A stretch of DNA of 64,000 nt, from positions 1,856,001 to 1,920,000 of the forward strand of contig OZ244044.1 of NCBI GenBank assembly GCA_965215275.1, given 5' to 3'. The stretch's first letter is position 1. Every line of letters begins with the position of its first letter. The stretch comes from Thermodesulfobacteriota bacterium (GTDB lineage Bacteria; Desulfobacterota_D; UBA1144; Nemesobacterales; JAJCZQ01). A program made the translations under genes and the position numbers. Positions 1-12,731 of the stretch are shown here, in pieces. The notes below the pieces were generated by a model. That model saw only the letters and a program-made list of their open reading frames with translations. It ran no database searches and was not told where the DNA came from.

Positions 1-496
1 TGTATATCCTGTCAAAATACTCCGCCTCCATTTCATTGACCTTTTCAAACACGTTCTTTTCAGAGACGTCCAGCCCTAAAAGCCCTGCCTTGAACTCACT
101 GTGCAGCTTACGAAGATCAGAGGATCTTTCTGCTTTTATCAATCTGTTGAAGTTATCTGACAGGTCTTTTATATAAAGCCTGACTTCCAGGGAACCAGCC
201 GCGACGGACCTGCGTTCGTTCAGTTCCGACCCGCTGCTTTCAACCTGCTCCTTACAGTCGCAGATACTTCTGATGTTCTTTCCTGTTTTCTGCTCAAAAG
301 CATCCGTTATACCCTTGATGACCCGCTCTTTTGATAATCCCATATCCTGCCACTTACTGATGAGGTAATAATCACTGGAAGAGACCATAACCCCTTTTCC
401 GCAGAGCGTTAAAAAGTAGTTCTCAATATCTTTGACAAACGTATCGGACTGGCTCATTCGTACACCGACAGATACAACCCCGCGACCCGGGATCAT
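1..496 (-). CDS. Hypothetical protein, runs off the window edge
   Basis: Open frame read by hand from ATG 496 (TGATG overlap with the rpe stop) or ATG 457: MSQSDTFVKDIENYFLTLCGKGVMVSSSDYYLISKW..., no stop before position 1. Confidence 0.6.
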   Translation of the reverse strand, partial: MIPGRGVVSVGVRMSQSDTFVKDIENYFLTLCGKGVMVSSSDYYLISKWQDMGLSKERVIKGITDAFEQKTGKNIRSICDCKEQVESSGSELNERRSVAAGSLEVRLYIKDLSDNFNRLIKAERSSDLRKLHSEFKAGLLGLDVSEKNVFEKVNEMEAEYFDRIY

Positions 497-1167
497 CAGT
501 TTATTAATCTTTTCATCTCCGCGATCGTTTCGGAGTAGCTTTGCGTGGAGAATATACCCGACCCTGAAACTATGACCTCCGCCCCGGCATCGGCAACCTT
601 TCTGACATTGTCCAGTTTAATACCGCCATCCACCTCAATTACAGGTTTTTCAGTTGAATCCATACCGTCAATGATCTCTCTTAATCTTGCTATCTTACCG
701 GTCGTGGACTCTATGAACTTCTGCCCTGCAAATCCCGGCTCAACGGACATTATCAAGATCAGGTCCACTATCGGCAGGACCTGGTCCAGAACGCTCAGCG
801 AAGTGGCAGGATTGACAGCTACACCTGCCATGACACCACAGGATCTGATCTTCGAGACCGTACTGTACAAAAGGTCGCTGGCTTCGGCCTGTACAGTAAG
901 TATCCTGCAGTGAGGAGCGGCAGCTTCTATAAACAACTCCGCAAGCTGATCCGGATTGTCTATCATCAGATGAATGTCCATAGGAGGTGGAGCAATCCGT
1001 GCGAGCGACCTGACCGTGGGAACTCCCATACTTATATTGGGTACAAAATGCCCGTCCATTACGTCAACGTGTATTAAGTCCGCACCGGCTTTTTTCACGG
1101 CACTTACTTCTTCCGCAAGTCTGGAGATGTCTGCTGCCAAAATCGAAGGTGCGATCAGTTTCTTCAT
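496..1167 (-). CDS. rpe: Ribulose-phosphate 3-epimerase
   Basis: IAPSILAAD, IHVDVMDGHFVPN, MSVEPGFAGQKF and VDGG motifs. Confidence 0.97.
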   Translation of the reverse strand: MKKLIAPSILAADISRLAEEVSAVKKAGADLIHVDVMDGHFVPNISMGVPTVRSLARIAPPPMDIHLMIDNPDQLAELFIEAAAPHCRILTVQAEASDLLYSTVSKIRSCGVMAGVAVNPATSLSVLDQVLPIVDLILIMSVEPGFAGQKFIESTTGKIARLREIIDGMDSTEKPVIEVDGGIKLDNVRKVADAGAEVIVSGSGIFSTQSYSETIAEMKRLIN

Positions 1168-1336
1168 TATAAGGGTCCACTTGATTAACTTTCAGGGACT
1201 TAAGATAATACACGAGAAAAAGAAAAAATCTTGTTTTATGAGAATTAATCATATATATATTTCAGGTTTTAATATAACACTCCTGAATTACATATTTTTT
1301 TAAATTCAGCTAAAATTCAAATCGAAAGGAAATCAT

Positions 1337-3774
<2,438 letters not shown>

Positions 3775-3780
3775 AGATCT

Positions 3781-4683
3781 ATGGCGGACAACACCTATGA
3801 GAATATGTTGGAGGCTTATCTGACGTATCTTATAGTTATAAGGGGTTTATCTAAAAATACCGTAAACTCTTATAAAACGGACGTTAAAAAGTTATTTGAA
3901 TTCCTGAAAGCAGCCAACATCAACTCAATGTATGATATACAGCCCGATCATCTGGCTAGATTTATAGCCGATTTGAACGTTAAGGGATTAGGTATCAGGT
4001 CGATAAACAGGTGTACAGTTTCCGTAAAGCAGTTCTTCAGATACTTAATGCTTGAAAATGTCCTTGAAAGTGACCCTGCGAGAAATTTAACAACTCCCAG
4101 AATGAAAAGAGCTCTGCCGGAAGTGCTGTCGGTGGAAGATATTAAAAAGATCCTTGACTCTCCCGACCGGTCAACGTTCGAAGGATTAAGGGACTCCGCG
4201 ATGCTTGAAGTATTGTACGCCTCCGGGATCAGGGTATCTGAACTGGTTAATTTAACCCTTACCAGCTTAAATCAGGACCATGGATACCTTGCAGTGTTCG
4301 GCAAGGGAAACAAGGAGAGGCTGACGCCAATTGGACAACACGCTTTAAAAAAGGTCAGGGATTACTTATCCTTATCCAGACCGCATTTAATAAAGGACAG
4401 GATATCAGACTACGTCTTTATAACAAGACATGGTTCGAAGTTTACAAGACAGGGATTCTGGAAAATAGTAAAAGGCCATGCAGCAAAAGCAGGAATACAG
4501 CAGAATATCAGCCCTCACACCATCAGGCACTCATTTGCTACCCATCTTCTCGAAAATGGTGCCGACCTGAGGTCGATCCAGATGCTGCTCGGACATTCAG
4601 ATATTTCGACAACACAGATATACACTCACGTTGAGAGTAAAAGATTAAAAGAAATTCACAGAAAGTTTCATCCGAGGTCATAA
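3781..4683 (+). CDS. xerD: Tyrosine recombinase XerD
   Basis: LYASGIRVSEL, GKGNKER, SPHTIRHSFATHLL, LGHSDISTTQIYTHV and a C-terminal HPR; next to scpAB. Confidence 0.92.
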   Translation: MADNTYENMLEAYLTYLIVIRGLSKNTVNSYKTDVKKLFEFLKAANINSMYDIQPDHLARFIADLNVKGLGIRSINRCTVSVKQFFRYLMLENVLESDPARNLTTPRMKRALPEVLSVEDIKKILDSPDRSTFEGLRDSAMLEVLYASGIRVSELVNLTLTSLNQDHGYLAVFGKGNKERLTPIGQHALKKVRDYLSLSRPHLIKDRISDYVFITRHGSKFTRQGFWKIVKGHAAKAGIQQNISPHTIRHSFATHLLENGADLRSIQMLLGHSDISTTQIYTHVESKRLKEIHRKFHPRS

Positions 4684-4684
4684 G

Positions 4685-5359
4685 ATGCCCGATCTGAACT
4701 ACAGATTTCTTCTCGTTATTGTACCCGTAATACTTTTTTCTCTGACCATACATGAGTATGCCCATGCATACGTCGCCCATAAGCTCGGTGACGACACGGC
4801 AAAAAGACTTGGCAGGCTCACGCTCAACCCGTTAAAGCATCTGGACGTTATAGGGACCATACTTCTGCTGTTGGTGCATTTTGGATGGGCAAAACCCGTG
4901 CCGGTCGACCCGTCGAACTTTAAAGATCCAAAAAAAGACATGCTTTACGTGGCAATTGCCGGTCCGGTCTCAAATCTCATCACTGCCGTCGTCGCTGCGG
5001 CGTTTTTAAAGCTTATCGTGTTCAATACCTCAATGGGAAGTATCTTCCCGGTCACCGAACCGGTTACTCATATACTTGTATGGTTGATATTCATCAGCGT
5101 GGTACTTGCGGTGTTCAATATGCTGCCCTTCCCTCCACTTGATGGGTCCAGGGTACTTTACGGACTGCTCCCCGATGAAATGAGCCGCCATATAATGAAG
5201 GTCGAAACGTACGGGATATTTATACTGTTTGCAATCATACTGTTCGGAGGGAAATTTTTCTCCTTCATTATCACTTATCCATTCCTTATATTTATAAAAC
5301 TCTGTGAATTCACCAACTATGAGAACTACATAATATTTAACGTGATCTTTAACAGATAA
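4685..5359 (+). CDS. Site-2 protease (M50) family membrane metalloprotease
   Basis: HEYAH, AGPVSN and FNMLPFPPLDG motifs. Confidence 0.93.
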   Translation: MPDLNYRFLLVIVPVILFSLTIHEYAHAYVAHKLGDDTAKRLGRLTLNPLKHLDVIGTILLLLVHFGWAKPVPVDPSNFKDPKKDMLYVAIAGPVSNLITAVVAAAFLKLIVFNTSMGSIFPVTEPVTHILVWLIFISVVLAVFNMLPFPPLDGSRVLYGLLPDEMSRHIMKVETYGIFILFAIILFGGKFFSFIITYPFLIFIKLCEFTNYENYIIFNVIFNR

Positions 5360-5372
5360 TCACCCTGCTGAC

Positions 5373-6125
5373 ATGGAACAATTACAACTTCCATACCTTG
5401 TTAAACTTCAGATATATGAAGGCCCTCTTGACCTTCTTATTCAGCTTATAAGGAAAAATGAAGTTGACATTTATGACATTCCAATTGCAAAGATCACGGA
5501 ACAGTACCTTGAGTATCTGGAAATACTGAAAAAATATGATCTGGCAACCGTTGGAGACTATCTGGCACTTGCAGCACAGCTAAGCCTGATAAAATCCCGT
5601 ATGATGCTTCCCAGCCCTCCATCCGAAGAGGATGAAGAAGATCTACGAGATGAACTCGTAAGGCGATTGCTGGAATATGAAAGATACAAGGAAGCAGCGG
5701 AAGAGTTAAATAAAAACGATATTTTAGGTAAGGACGTATTTACAAGAGGATCAAATTACTATGACGAATTCGGACAGCCTACGGAAGAGACCGAAATAGT
5801 AAAAACGGATATATGGTCCCTGGTAGAAGCGTTCATAGAAATAAGAAGAAGAAAAGATTTCAGCCATACAGAGGATATAGTTTATAAGATCGAGGATTAC
5901 CCAATTGAGAAAAAAACAGATGAATTGCTAATATTTATAAAGTTCAGAGGTAAGACCAGATTTAAGGACCTGTTTGTGAAACTTACCTCCAAGATGGAAT
6001 TCATAGTAACCTTCCTGGCCGTCTTGCAGATGGTCAAGAACGATATACTGAACATGGTTCAGGAAGACCACAACGGCGAAATATCGCTGATATGTTCACA
6101 GGATGACAACGTTGCAGAACGATGA
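5373..6125 (+). CDS. scpA: Segregation/condensation protein A
   Basis: EGPLDLLIQLIRKNEVDIYDIPI; C-terminal VTFLAVLQM. Confidence 0.95.
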   Translation: MEQLQLPYLVKLQIYEGPLDLLIQLIRKNEVDIYDIPIAKITEQYLEYLEILKKYDLATVGDYLALAAQLSLIKSRMMLPSPPSEEDEEDLRDELVRRLLEYERYKEAAEELNKNDILGKDVFTRGSNYYDEFGQPTEETEIVKTDIWSLVEAFIEIRRRKDFSHTEDIVYKIEDYPIEKKTDELLIFIKFRGKTRFKDLFVKLTSKMEFIVTFLAVLQMVKNDILNMVQEDHNGEISLICSQDDNVAER

Positions 6126-6660
6126 GATAAAACGGGTCATAGAGGCGATCATATTCGTTTCACCCGCCCCAGTTACCTTAAAGGAGTTAAAGCACTACTT
6201 TAAGAACTGTGAAACAAAGAACCTGAAGAAACTGCTTGAGGAACTCGTCCTGGAGTTTAACGACTTAGACAGGGGTTTTGAACTGGTGGAGATATCAAAC
6301 GGATACCAGTTCAGATCAAAGCCCGAGTTCGCGGAAGAAATAATAGCTTTTAACAAGGAAATCAAAAAGTTCCGCATCAGTAAAGCATCACTTGAAGTAC
6401 TGTCGATCGTTGCCTACAGACAGCCGGTCACCAGAGTGGAGATAGAACAGATAAGAGGCGTGGACTGCTCCGGCGTGATAAACGCCCTTCTTAATAAAAA
6501 ACTTATGGACATAAGGGGAAGAAAGGACGTTCCTGGCAAACCGTTCATCTATGGAACGACCGATGAGTTCCTGGCAACTTTCAATCTTGAAAGTTTAAAT
6601 GATCTTCCCACTTTGAAGGAAATCGAGAAGATCGAAACCAGTTTAGAATCGCAGATATAG
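6103..6660 (+). CDS. scpB: Segregation/condensation protein B
   Basis: IEAIIF, LEVLSIVAYRQPVTRVEIEQIRGV, YGTTDEFL and LNDLP motifs. Confidence 0.96.
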   Translation: MTTLQNDEIKRVIEAIIFVSPAPVTLKELKHYFKNCETKNLKKLLEELVLEFNDLDRGFELVEISNGYQFRSKPEFAEEIIAFNKEIKKFRISKASLEVLSIVAYRQPVTRVEIEQIRGVDCSGVINALLNKKLMDIRGRKDVPGKPFIYGTTDEFLATFNLESLNDLPTLKEIEKIETSLESQI

Positions 6661-7074
6661 ATCGCACGGTCCATCAAGCAGTTCCTTTTCCTTCTCTCTC
6701 ATTATTCTCCTTTCATTGTGCTTCTTATGATCATAGCCCAGCAGGTGAAGCATCCCGTGGATCAATAATCTTTCAACTTCCTTCTCCACCGTGGTCTTAT
6801 AGATAACGGCGTGCCTCTTTGCCGTCTCAAGGGAAATAACTATATCTCCGAGCAGGTCTCCATCCTGACGGAAAGACAGAACATCGGTAGTTCTGTCAGT
6901 ACCTTTATATTTCTTATTCAGTTCTCTCATAGCCTTATCACTTATAAAAGACACGCATACTTCGGTCTTGTTGGACAATTTCAGGTACTTAAATACTTTC
7001 TCTATGCCTCTTTTTAAATTGAAAATATTCTTTCTACCAATTACATTGTCGTGGTCAACTATATCTATCTGCAT
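6643..7074 (-). CDS. ybeY: rRNA maturation RNase YbeY
   Basis: TDVLSF, LGDIVIS and HGMLHLLGYDH motifs. Confidence 0.96.
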   Translation of the reverse strand: MQIDIVDHDNVIGRKNIFNLKRGIEKVFKYLKLSNKTEVCVSFISDKAMRELNKKYKGTDRTTDVLSFRQDGDLLGDIVISLETAKRHAVIYKTTVEKEVERLLIHGMLHLLGYDHKKHNERRIMREKEKELLDGPCDLYLRF

Positions 7075-7130
7075 ACTGAATTATCTTATCAGATTAAGCA
7101 TATTTATCACGATATGAAGGTTGTACGACT

Positions 7131-8510
7131 ATGAACCATAAAAAACACCGTAAACCACTGGTCGCTATAGTAGGCAGTCCCAACGTCGGTAAATCGACCC
7201 TGTTCAACCGGCTTATTGAGCAGCGAAAAGCAATAGTTGAAGATATACCCGGCGTTACAAGGGACAGAATATACGGCGAGGTCAACTGGAAAGGCAGATA
7301 CTTCTCCGTCGTTGACACGGGTGGCCTGGTGATCAGTCCAGACGATAACAACGAAAAGCTCATAAAGGAGCAGGTTCAGATCGCCATCGATAGTGCGGAC
7401 TTAATACTGTTCGTAATGGACGGTAAAAGCGGACTGATGCCTGAAGACGTTGAAATACTCAACTGCCTGAGAAAATCAAAAACCAATATCATCAACGTTG
7501 TAAATAAAACAGACCACAGTAAACAGGAACTTAAGGCTTATGAATTCTACAGGCTCGGAATGGAGGACTTTATCCCGATCTCGGCACTTCATAACAGGAA
7601 CATCTACGAACTGACAGAAAAGATCGTGGAAAATATTCCAGAAAGCAGATCAGAACGGGTTGAAGAAGAAGACGAAAGCATTATAAATATATCAGTTATA
7701 GGTAAGCCAAACGTAGGAAAATCCACTCTGGTAAACTCGATCATAGGAGAAGAACGCTTTATAACAAGCCCCGTTCCGGGAACCACTCGAGACTCCGTTG
7801 ACACGTCTTTCGTGTTTAACGGAAAGAACTATCTGATAGTAGACACGGCAGGTATAAGAAGAAAATCAAAAATATCGGAACTGCTGGAAAAACACAGCGT
7901 GTTCAGAGCGGTAAGAGCGATCTCAAGATCGGATATCGTTCTGTTCCTCGTGGATGCGGCAGACGGTCCTACCCATCATGATTCACGACTGGGAAACCTG
8001 ATAGAAGGAAGAGGAGCTGCATCTGTCATCTTATTGAATAAATGGGACTTGGCACCCGAGGAAGCAAAGAAGGTAAAAGATATAGATACAATTACAAAAG
8101 AGAGACTTATATCACTGGGTCATTCTCCCGTGTTAAAGTTATCGGCCCTGACAGGCAAAGGGATCCCCAGACTGTTTAAAATTATCAATAAGGTCTATGA
8201 AAACTACGATAGAAAGATCAAGACCAGTGAACTGAACAGGTTCCTTGATGGAATTAAAAATAAATATCCACCCAAGATATACAAGGGCAGTCAACTCAAG
8301 CTCTATTACATGTCTCAGCTTCAGTCCAGACCTCCCACGTTCGTTCTGTTTACGAACGCCCGTAAGGAAATACCGGACAACTACAGGAAATTCATAGAAA
8401 ACCAGCTAAGGATCAGCTTTGATTTTGAAGGTTCTCCTGTAAGATTGATCGTAAGGACCCGGCAGGATGAGAAAAAAGAAGGCGAGAGGAAAAAACTCAC
8501 TCGACGCTGA
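7131..8510 (+). CDS. der: Ribosome biogenesis GTPase Der
   Basis: Two tandem G domains (GxPNVGKS, PGxTRD, DTxG, NKxD) and a KH-like C-terminus. Confidence 0.97.
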   Translation: MNHKKHRKPLVAIVGSPNVGKSTLFNRLIEQRKAIVEDIPGVTRDRIYGEVNWKGRYFSVVDTGGLVISPDDNNEKLIKEQVQIAIDSADLILFVMDGKSGLMPEDVEILNCLRKSKTNIINVVNKTDHSKQELKAYEFYRLGMEDFIPISALHNRNIYELTEKIVENIPESRSERVEEEDESIINISVIGKPNVGKSTLVNSIIGEERFITSPVPGTTRDSVDTSFVFNGKNYLIVDTAGIRRKSKISELLEKHSVFRAVRAISRSDIVLFLVDAADGPTHHDSRLGNLIEGRGAASVILLNKWDLAPEEAKKVKDIDTITKERLISLGHSPVLKLSALTGKGIPRLFKIINKVYENYDRKIKTSELNRFLDGIKNKYPPKIYKGSQLKLYYMSQLQSRPPTFVLFTNARKEIPDNYRKFIENQLRISFDFEGSPVRLIVRTRQDEKKEGERKKLTRR

Positions 8511-9732
8511 GTATAATGTTCTCAATATCCTTAGTCCTGTCAGATGCACTGCACATCCTTGCAACTCTTTTCAGCGAATCCTCTCCCATCTTGAGCCTCA
8601 GCTGCTCGTCATCTACAAGAGTGGCAATGTTCTTTGCCATATCATTTATGTCACCTCTGCCGCTGAGATAACCGGTAACGCCTTTTTTCACGGCTTCGGC
8701 GATCCCGCCGATCTCAAAACCCACCACTGGAAGTCCGCAGCTCATTGCCTCGATTACCGATCTTGGGAACGGATCAGGGTAGCCGGATGGTATAACAAAC
8801 AGATCAAAATCATTTAAGTACGGTCTTACGTCATCTTTGTATCCGGTAAATATAAACCGGTCGTCCAGTCCGTTCTCTTCTACTTTCCTTTTCAGATATT
8901 TCAAATGGTCGTACTGAAAAAAATGAGGAGTGTCCCCAACTACCACAAATCTATAATCAGTATTTTTAACCCTGTCTTTAACCTGACGTGCGGCTCTGAT
9001 AAGATTTTCGTAGCCCTTTCTAGGGACCAGCCTGCCCGTGCTTCCAATAACGACCGTTGCAGGACCTATACCGAGTTCTCTTCTTGTCTGCCCACCTTTT
9101 TTAACCGTGCTGTAATCATCTGTATTTATGCCGTTGTACACTACGTGAGTTTTCTCTTTAACTTTATCAAACTGTGCCGCGGTCGCATTTGAAACGCAGA
9201 TTATCTTCTTTACCGTGTCAAACCTTGAAAGAGTGCCGATTATTGTCTTGAGTATAAACGTCTGCTGAATGTTCCTGACGTGCCATACAACCGGCACGTT
9301 GTTATACTTGCCGATAAAAACGCCCACTATCTTGGCAACAGTACCGTTGCAATAAACAACGTCAATCTGATTTGGTCCGACGTGCCTCGAGGACGTAAGA
9401 ACAAGCAGGACAAGTTCAAGGATATTTACTACCGCACAGATAAATTTTTTTATTTTCGTTATAAGGTCAAGGCTGTCACTTCTGCCCGTAAAAGCGTTCA
9501 GACCCAGCCTCGGACGGAATATATTTTCCGGGAACCTGCTCTCTATAATAACGTTCTGATATTTACCTTCCCGTTTCAGGTCTTCGGAAAAAATATCATC
9601 CTTGGGTATCAGAACGAAAGGATTTATCTTTTCCCTGCTTAAATATTTAAGAATATAAAAAAGACTTCTGCCAGGACCCCCGTCCCTTACGGAATGGTTG
9701 ATAAACAGTACGTTCAAAGGTCGGTTTTTCAT
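8497..9732 (-). CDS. Glycosyltransferase family 4 protein
   Basis: GT-B features: VVYNGI, GRLVPRKG, DPFPRSVIEAMSCGLPVV. Start placed at MKNRPLNV (9732); the ORF extends to 9774. Confidence 0.92.
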   Translation of the reverse strand: MKNRPLNVLFINHSVRDGGPGRSLFYILKYLSREKINPFVLIPKDDIFSEDLKREGKYQNVIIESRFPENIFRPRLGLNAFTGRSDSLDLITKIKKFICAVVNILELVLLVLTSSRHVGPNQIDVVYCNGTVAKIVGVFIGKYNNVPVVWHVRNIQQTFILKTIIGTLSRFDTVKKIICVSNATAAQFDKVKEKTHVVYNGINTDDYSTVKKGGQTRRELGIGPATVVIGSTGRLVPRKGYENLIRAARQVKDRVKNTDYRFVVVGDTPHFFQYDHLKYLKRKVEENGLDDRFIFTGYKDDVRPYLNDFDLFVIPSGYPDPFPRSVIEAMSCGLPVVGFEIGGIAEAVKKGVTGYLSGRGDINDMAKNIATLVDDEQLRLKMGEDSLKRVARMCSASDRTKDIENIILSVE

Positions 9733-9863
9733 AGATTTACGGGACAAGCAACAGCTATCTAAACCAGATATCAAGAGCGTGGAGTGTCAGTTTTACCGTA
9801 CGCTGACAAGATATGGTATAATATAAAGGTACTTTATACAAACCAGCGGGAATTCAATACCTT

Positions 9864-10499
9864 ATGAAAAAATACAAAAACCTTATATACCTTGTCCTGA
9901 CAGCATTCCTGACCATCGGTGGATGTGACGTTGACTTCGGTAATGATGATGAAACGGCAAGCAGTACCTCAACAAGTCGGGTATGGGGAGATATCACAAC
10001 CGTTTTTGACAGTAACGAGGTCGGTGGGATAAGAGTAGTGATACAGAACTCAAACGACGTCACCGGGTCAGACGGGACTTTTAACGTGGAGGGAAGGATA
10101 TCGGGGAATAACGAGGAAATACAGTTTCAGGACACCAATGACGAAAACAGTATTATCGGAAGACTGCGACTCAATATCTGGCCAGGTGCTGAGTTAAACC
10201 TCGGGAGAATAGAAATCAACGAAAATCAGCCTGTAAATATACTTGATGATATTTCAATTGATTTTTCGGGAGAGGTCACCGAGAACAACTGTGACGGCAA
10301 TGCAGGCTCCCTCACGGTGCAAATAGACGACGAGATAGATAGTGAGGTCCTTGTGCAGATAGAGTCTTTAACTGACGTTGAACGCAGTAACGAGGATATA
10401 GAATGCGACGAGATCAAGGAAGGTCAACAATTAGACGTTGAAGGGACCTGCCGTGGTATTGACTGCAACAATGTCAGTGCTGACGGGATTGAGTTTTAG
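9864..10499 (+). CDS. Acidic lipoprotein of unknown function (C-terminus DUF5666-like)
   Basis: Signal peptide with lipobox TIGG-C; extended -10 promoter TGG-TATAAT at 9814-9822. The domain call is by resemblance only. Confidence 0.7.
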   Translation: MKKYKNLIYLVLTAFLTIGGCDVDFGNDDETASSTSTSRVWGDITTVFDSNEVGGIRVVIQNSNDVTGSDGTFNVEGRISGNNEEIQFQDTNDENSIIGRLRLNIWPGAELNLGRIEINENQPVNILDDISIDFSGEVTENNCDGNAGSLTVQIDDEIDSEVLVQIESLTDVERSNEDIECDEIKEGQQLDVEGTCRGIDCNNVSADGIEF

Positions 10500-10620
10500 C
10501 ATCCCATGTTCGCTCACCTTTTCGGTCACATTCGGTCACATGGCCTGCTTACTTGACATTTTCTCTAAATAATTGCACTATTTCCTTTTCTGTAAAATCT
10601 TAACTCAGCTTGGAGAGGCA

Positions 10621-11538
10621 ATGTCGGATCACCCCGAATTAATATGGCTGGATGGTAATTTTGTTCCCTGGGCAGAAGCGAACGTTCACGTACTTACACA
10701 TACTCTGCATTACGGACTAGGTGTATTTGAAGGACTGAGAGCCTATAAATGTGAGAACGGACGAACGGCTATCTTTTTGCTGGACCAGCACATCGATCGT
10801 CTTTATAATTCCTGCCACATTGCCGGAATGAAGATACCCTACACCAAGGAAGAGGTTAAGAGTGCGATCAAGGACCTGCTAAATAATAACAAACTCAATG
10901 AGGCATATATAAGACCAATAGTGTTCATAGGTGATGGAAGTTTCGGAGTTCATCCAAAAGATAATCCTATAAGACTTGCGATCGCGGCGTGGTCATGGGG
11001 AACATATCTCGGAGAGGACGGTGTAAATAAAGGTATAAGGACCAAAGTCTCTTCCTTCACCAGAATGGGCGTCAACTCCTTTATGACAAAAGCAAAGATC
11101 TCCGGAAACTATGTTAATTCAATTTTTGCAAAAGTCGAAGCAATAGGACTGGGGTTTGACGAGGCACTGCTGCTCGACAACGAGGGATATATAGCAGAGG
11201 GAAGTGGGGAGAATATCTTTATAATAAGGAACGACGTTATCAAGACCCCGCCCCTGACCTCGATTTTAGAAGGACTTACAAGGAACTGTATTATACAGAT
11301 AGCAAAAGACGAGAGTTACAGCGTCGTTGAAGAAAGATTTACAAGGGACGAACTTTACATATCTGACGAGGTCTTTCTGACCGGCACCGCGGCAGAGATA
11401 ACCCCTATCAGAGAGGTCGACTTTCGCGTAATCGGTTCAGGCAAACCCGGAAAAGTCACAAAGAACCTTCAGAATATTTTCTTTGACGTTGTAAAGGGGA
11501 GGAGTGAAAAGTACTCGTCCTGGCTTGAGTATTTATAA
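10621..11538 (+). CDS. ilvE: Branched-chain amino acid aminotransferase
   Basis: LHYGLGVFEG, AKISGNYVNS, EGSGENIF and GTAAEITP motifs; RBS GGAGAGG before ATG 10621. Confidence 0.97.
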   Translation: MSDHPELIWLDGNFVPWAEANVHVLTHTLHYGLGVFEGLRAYKCENGRTAIFLLDQHIDRLYNSCHIAGMKIPYTKEEVKSAIKDLLNNNKLNEAYIRPIVFIGDGSFGVHPKDNPIRLAIAAWSWGTYLGEDGVNKGIRTKVSSFTRMGVNSFMTKAKISGNYVNSIFAKVEAIGLGFDEALLLDNEGYIAEGSGENIFIIRNDVIKTPPLTSILEGLTRNCIIQIAKDESYSVVEERFTRDELYISDEVFLTGTAAEITPIREVDFRVIGSGKPGKVTKNLQNIFFDVVKGRSEKYSSWLEYL

Positions 11539-11619
11539 CCCATCCATTCTTCTGTTCTGAATTTCCTGACGTTTTCGAATATTTTACTGTTCTCATATCC
11601 CAAAAAGCCAAAAGATATC

Positions 11620-11706
11620 TGGTGCCCAGGGCCGGACTCGAACCGGCACGGGATCACTCCCGAGGGATTTTAAGTCCCTTGCGTCTACCAATTCCGCCAC
11701 CCGGGC
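11620..11706 (-). tRNA. tRNA-Leu (TAA)
   Basis: Reverse strand GCCCGGGTGGCGGAATTGGTAGACGC...CTTAAAA...GTTCGAGTCC...ACCA; long variable arm, encoded CCA. Confidence 0.97.
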
Positions 11707-11733
11707 AACGTTCTATTTTCCAAACACGTTTTC

Positions 11734-11808
11734 TGGAGGCGACGCCCGGATTCGAACCGGGGTATTACGGTTTTGCAGACCGTTGCCTTACCACTTGGCT
11801 ACGTCGCC
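11734..11808 (-). tRNA. tRNA-Cys (GCA)
   Basis: Reverse strand GGCGACGTAGCCAAGTGGTAAGGC...CTGCAAA...GTTCGAATCC...TCCA. Confidence 0.97.
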
Positions 11809-11863
11809 AGTTTTAACAGACACAATAAGGTAGCTTTAAACTATCCTGAAAAAAGTTCATATT

Positions 11864-12670
11864 TCAAACAAAAAATTCTCCCGCTGCGACAATCTTTGCC
11901 TTCCCGCCCAGTACGACGCCGTGTCCGGTAACCTTTACCTTCACTACCCCACCCCTTTTAGATGCCTGATAACCTGCCAGCTCTGATCTTTTCAGCTTTA
12001 CGCTCCAATACGGACCTAAAGCACAGTGTGCCGAGCCTGTAACCGGATCTTCAGGTATGCCAAATCGGGGAGCAAAAAACCGTGAGACAAAGTCACAGCC
12101 TCTGCTTTTGGCAGTGCTTGTGACGATTATACCCCTGCAATCCACTTTTTTTATAATCTCGATATCGGGAACTATATTCCTGACAATATCCTCCGAACCT
12201 ACCTCAATAAAATAGTCAAAGCTGCTCTTACCGGTGTAGACCGGGATGATCTTAAGTCCATCTATGATCTCTGCAGGACAATCTGCAGTATAAGGCACGT
12301 CAGGTGGAAAGTCCATTTCAATACAGCTGTCAACGTTTCTGGCGACCAGCGTTCCGCTTTTAGTGCTGAACCTTGCTGCCTGATCCAGACCCAGCATTCC
12401 TTTTTCCCATAATACATGAGCAGAAGCCAACGTTGCATGACCACACAGGTCAACTTCTCTCACCGGTGAGAACCATCTTAAACTGTAAATATCTTTTTCT
12501 CTGAATAAATACGCGGTTTCAGAAAGGTTCATCTCTGAAGCTATTTCCTGCAAAATATCGTCTGAAATAAGGTCCTCTAAAATGAATACCGCTGCTGGAT
12601 TACCCGTAAAAACCCGTTCAGCAAACGCATCTACAATAAAGTATTGCAATTTATAAAACCTTTTGATCAT
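11864..12670 (-). CDS. PhzF family isomerase/epimerase
   Basis: VDAF, GNPAAV, NLSETA, EVDLCGHATLA and EDPVTGSA motifs. Confidence 0.95.
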   Translation of the reverse strand: MIKRFYKLQYFIVDAFAERVFTGNPAAVFILEDLISDDILQEIASEMNLSETAYLFREKDIYSLRWFSPVREVDLCGHATLASAHVLWEKGMLGLDQAARFSTKSGTLVARNVDSCIEMDFPPDVPYTADCPAEIIDGLKIIPVYTGKSSFDYFIEVGSEDIVRNIVPDIEIIKKVDCRGIIVTSTAKSRGCDFVSRFFAPRFGIPEDPVTGSAHCALGPYWSVKLKRSELAGYQASKRGGVVKVKVTGHGVVLGGKAKIVAAGEFFV

Positions 12671-12731
12671 ATTAAGATATACTTAAAATAAGTGTAAATA
12701 ACGCAGTTTTAACTGTACATGGAGGATCATT

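Noticed and set aside
3781..4683. xerD as the invertase or integrase for the TPR cassettes
   Set aside because: Ordinary housekeeping XerD next to scpAB, about 40 kb away; no dif-like sites recognised.
10519..10541. Tandem TTCGGTCACA(T) duplication
   Set aside because: Only two short units; no evidence of function.
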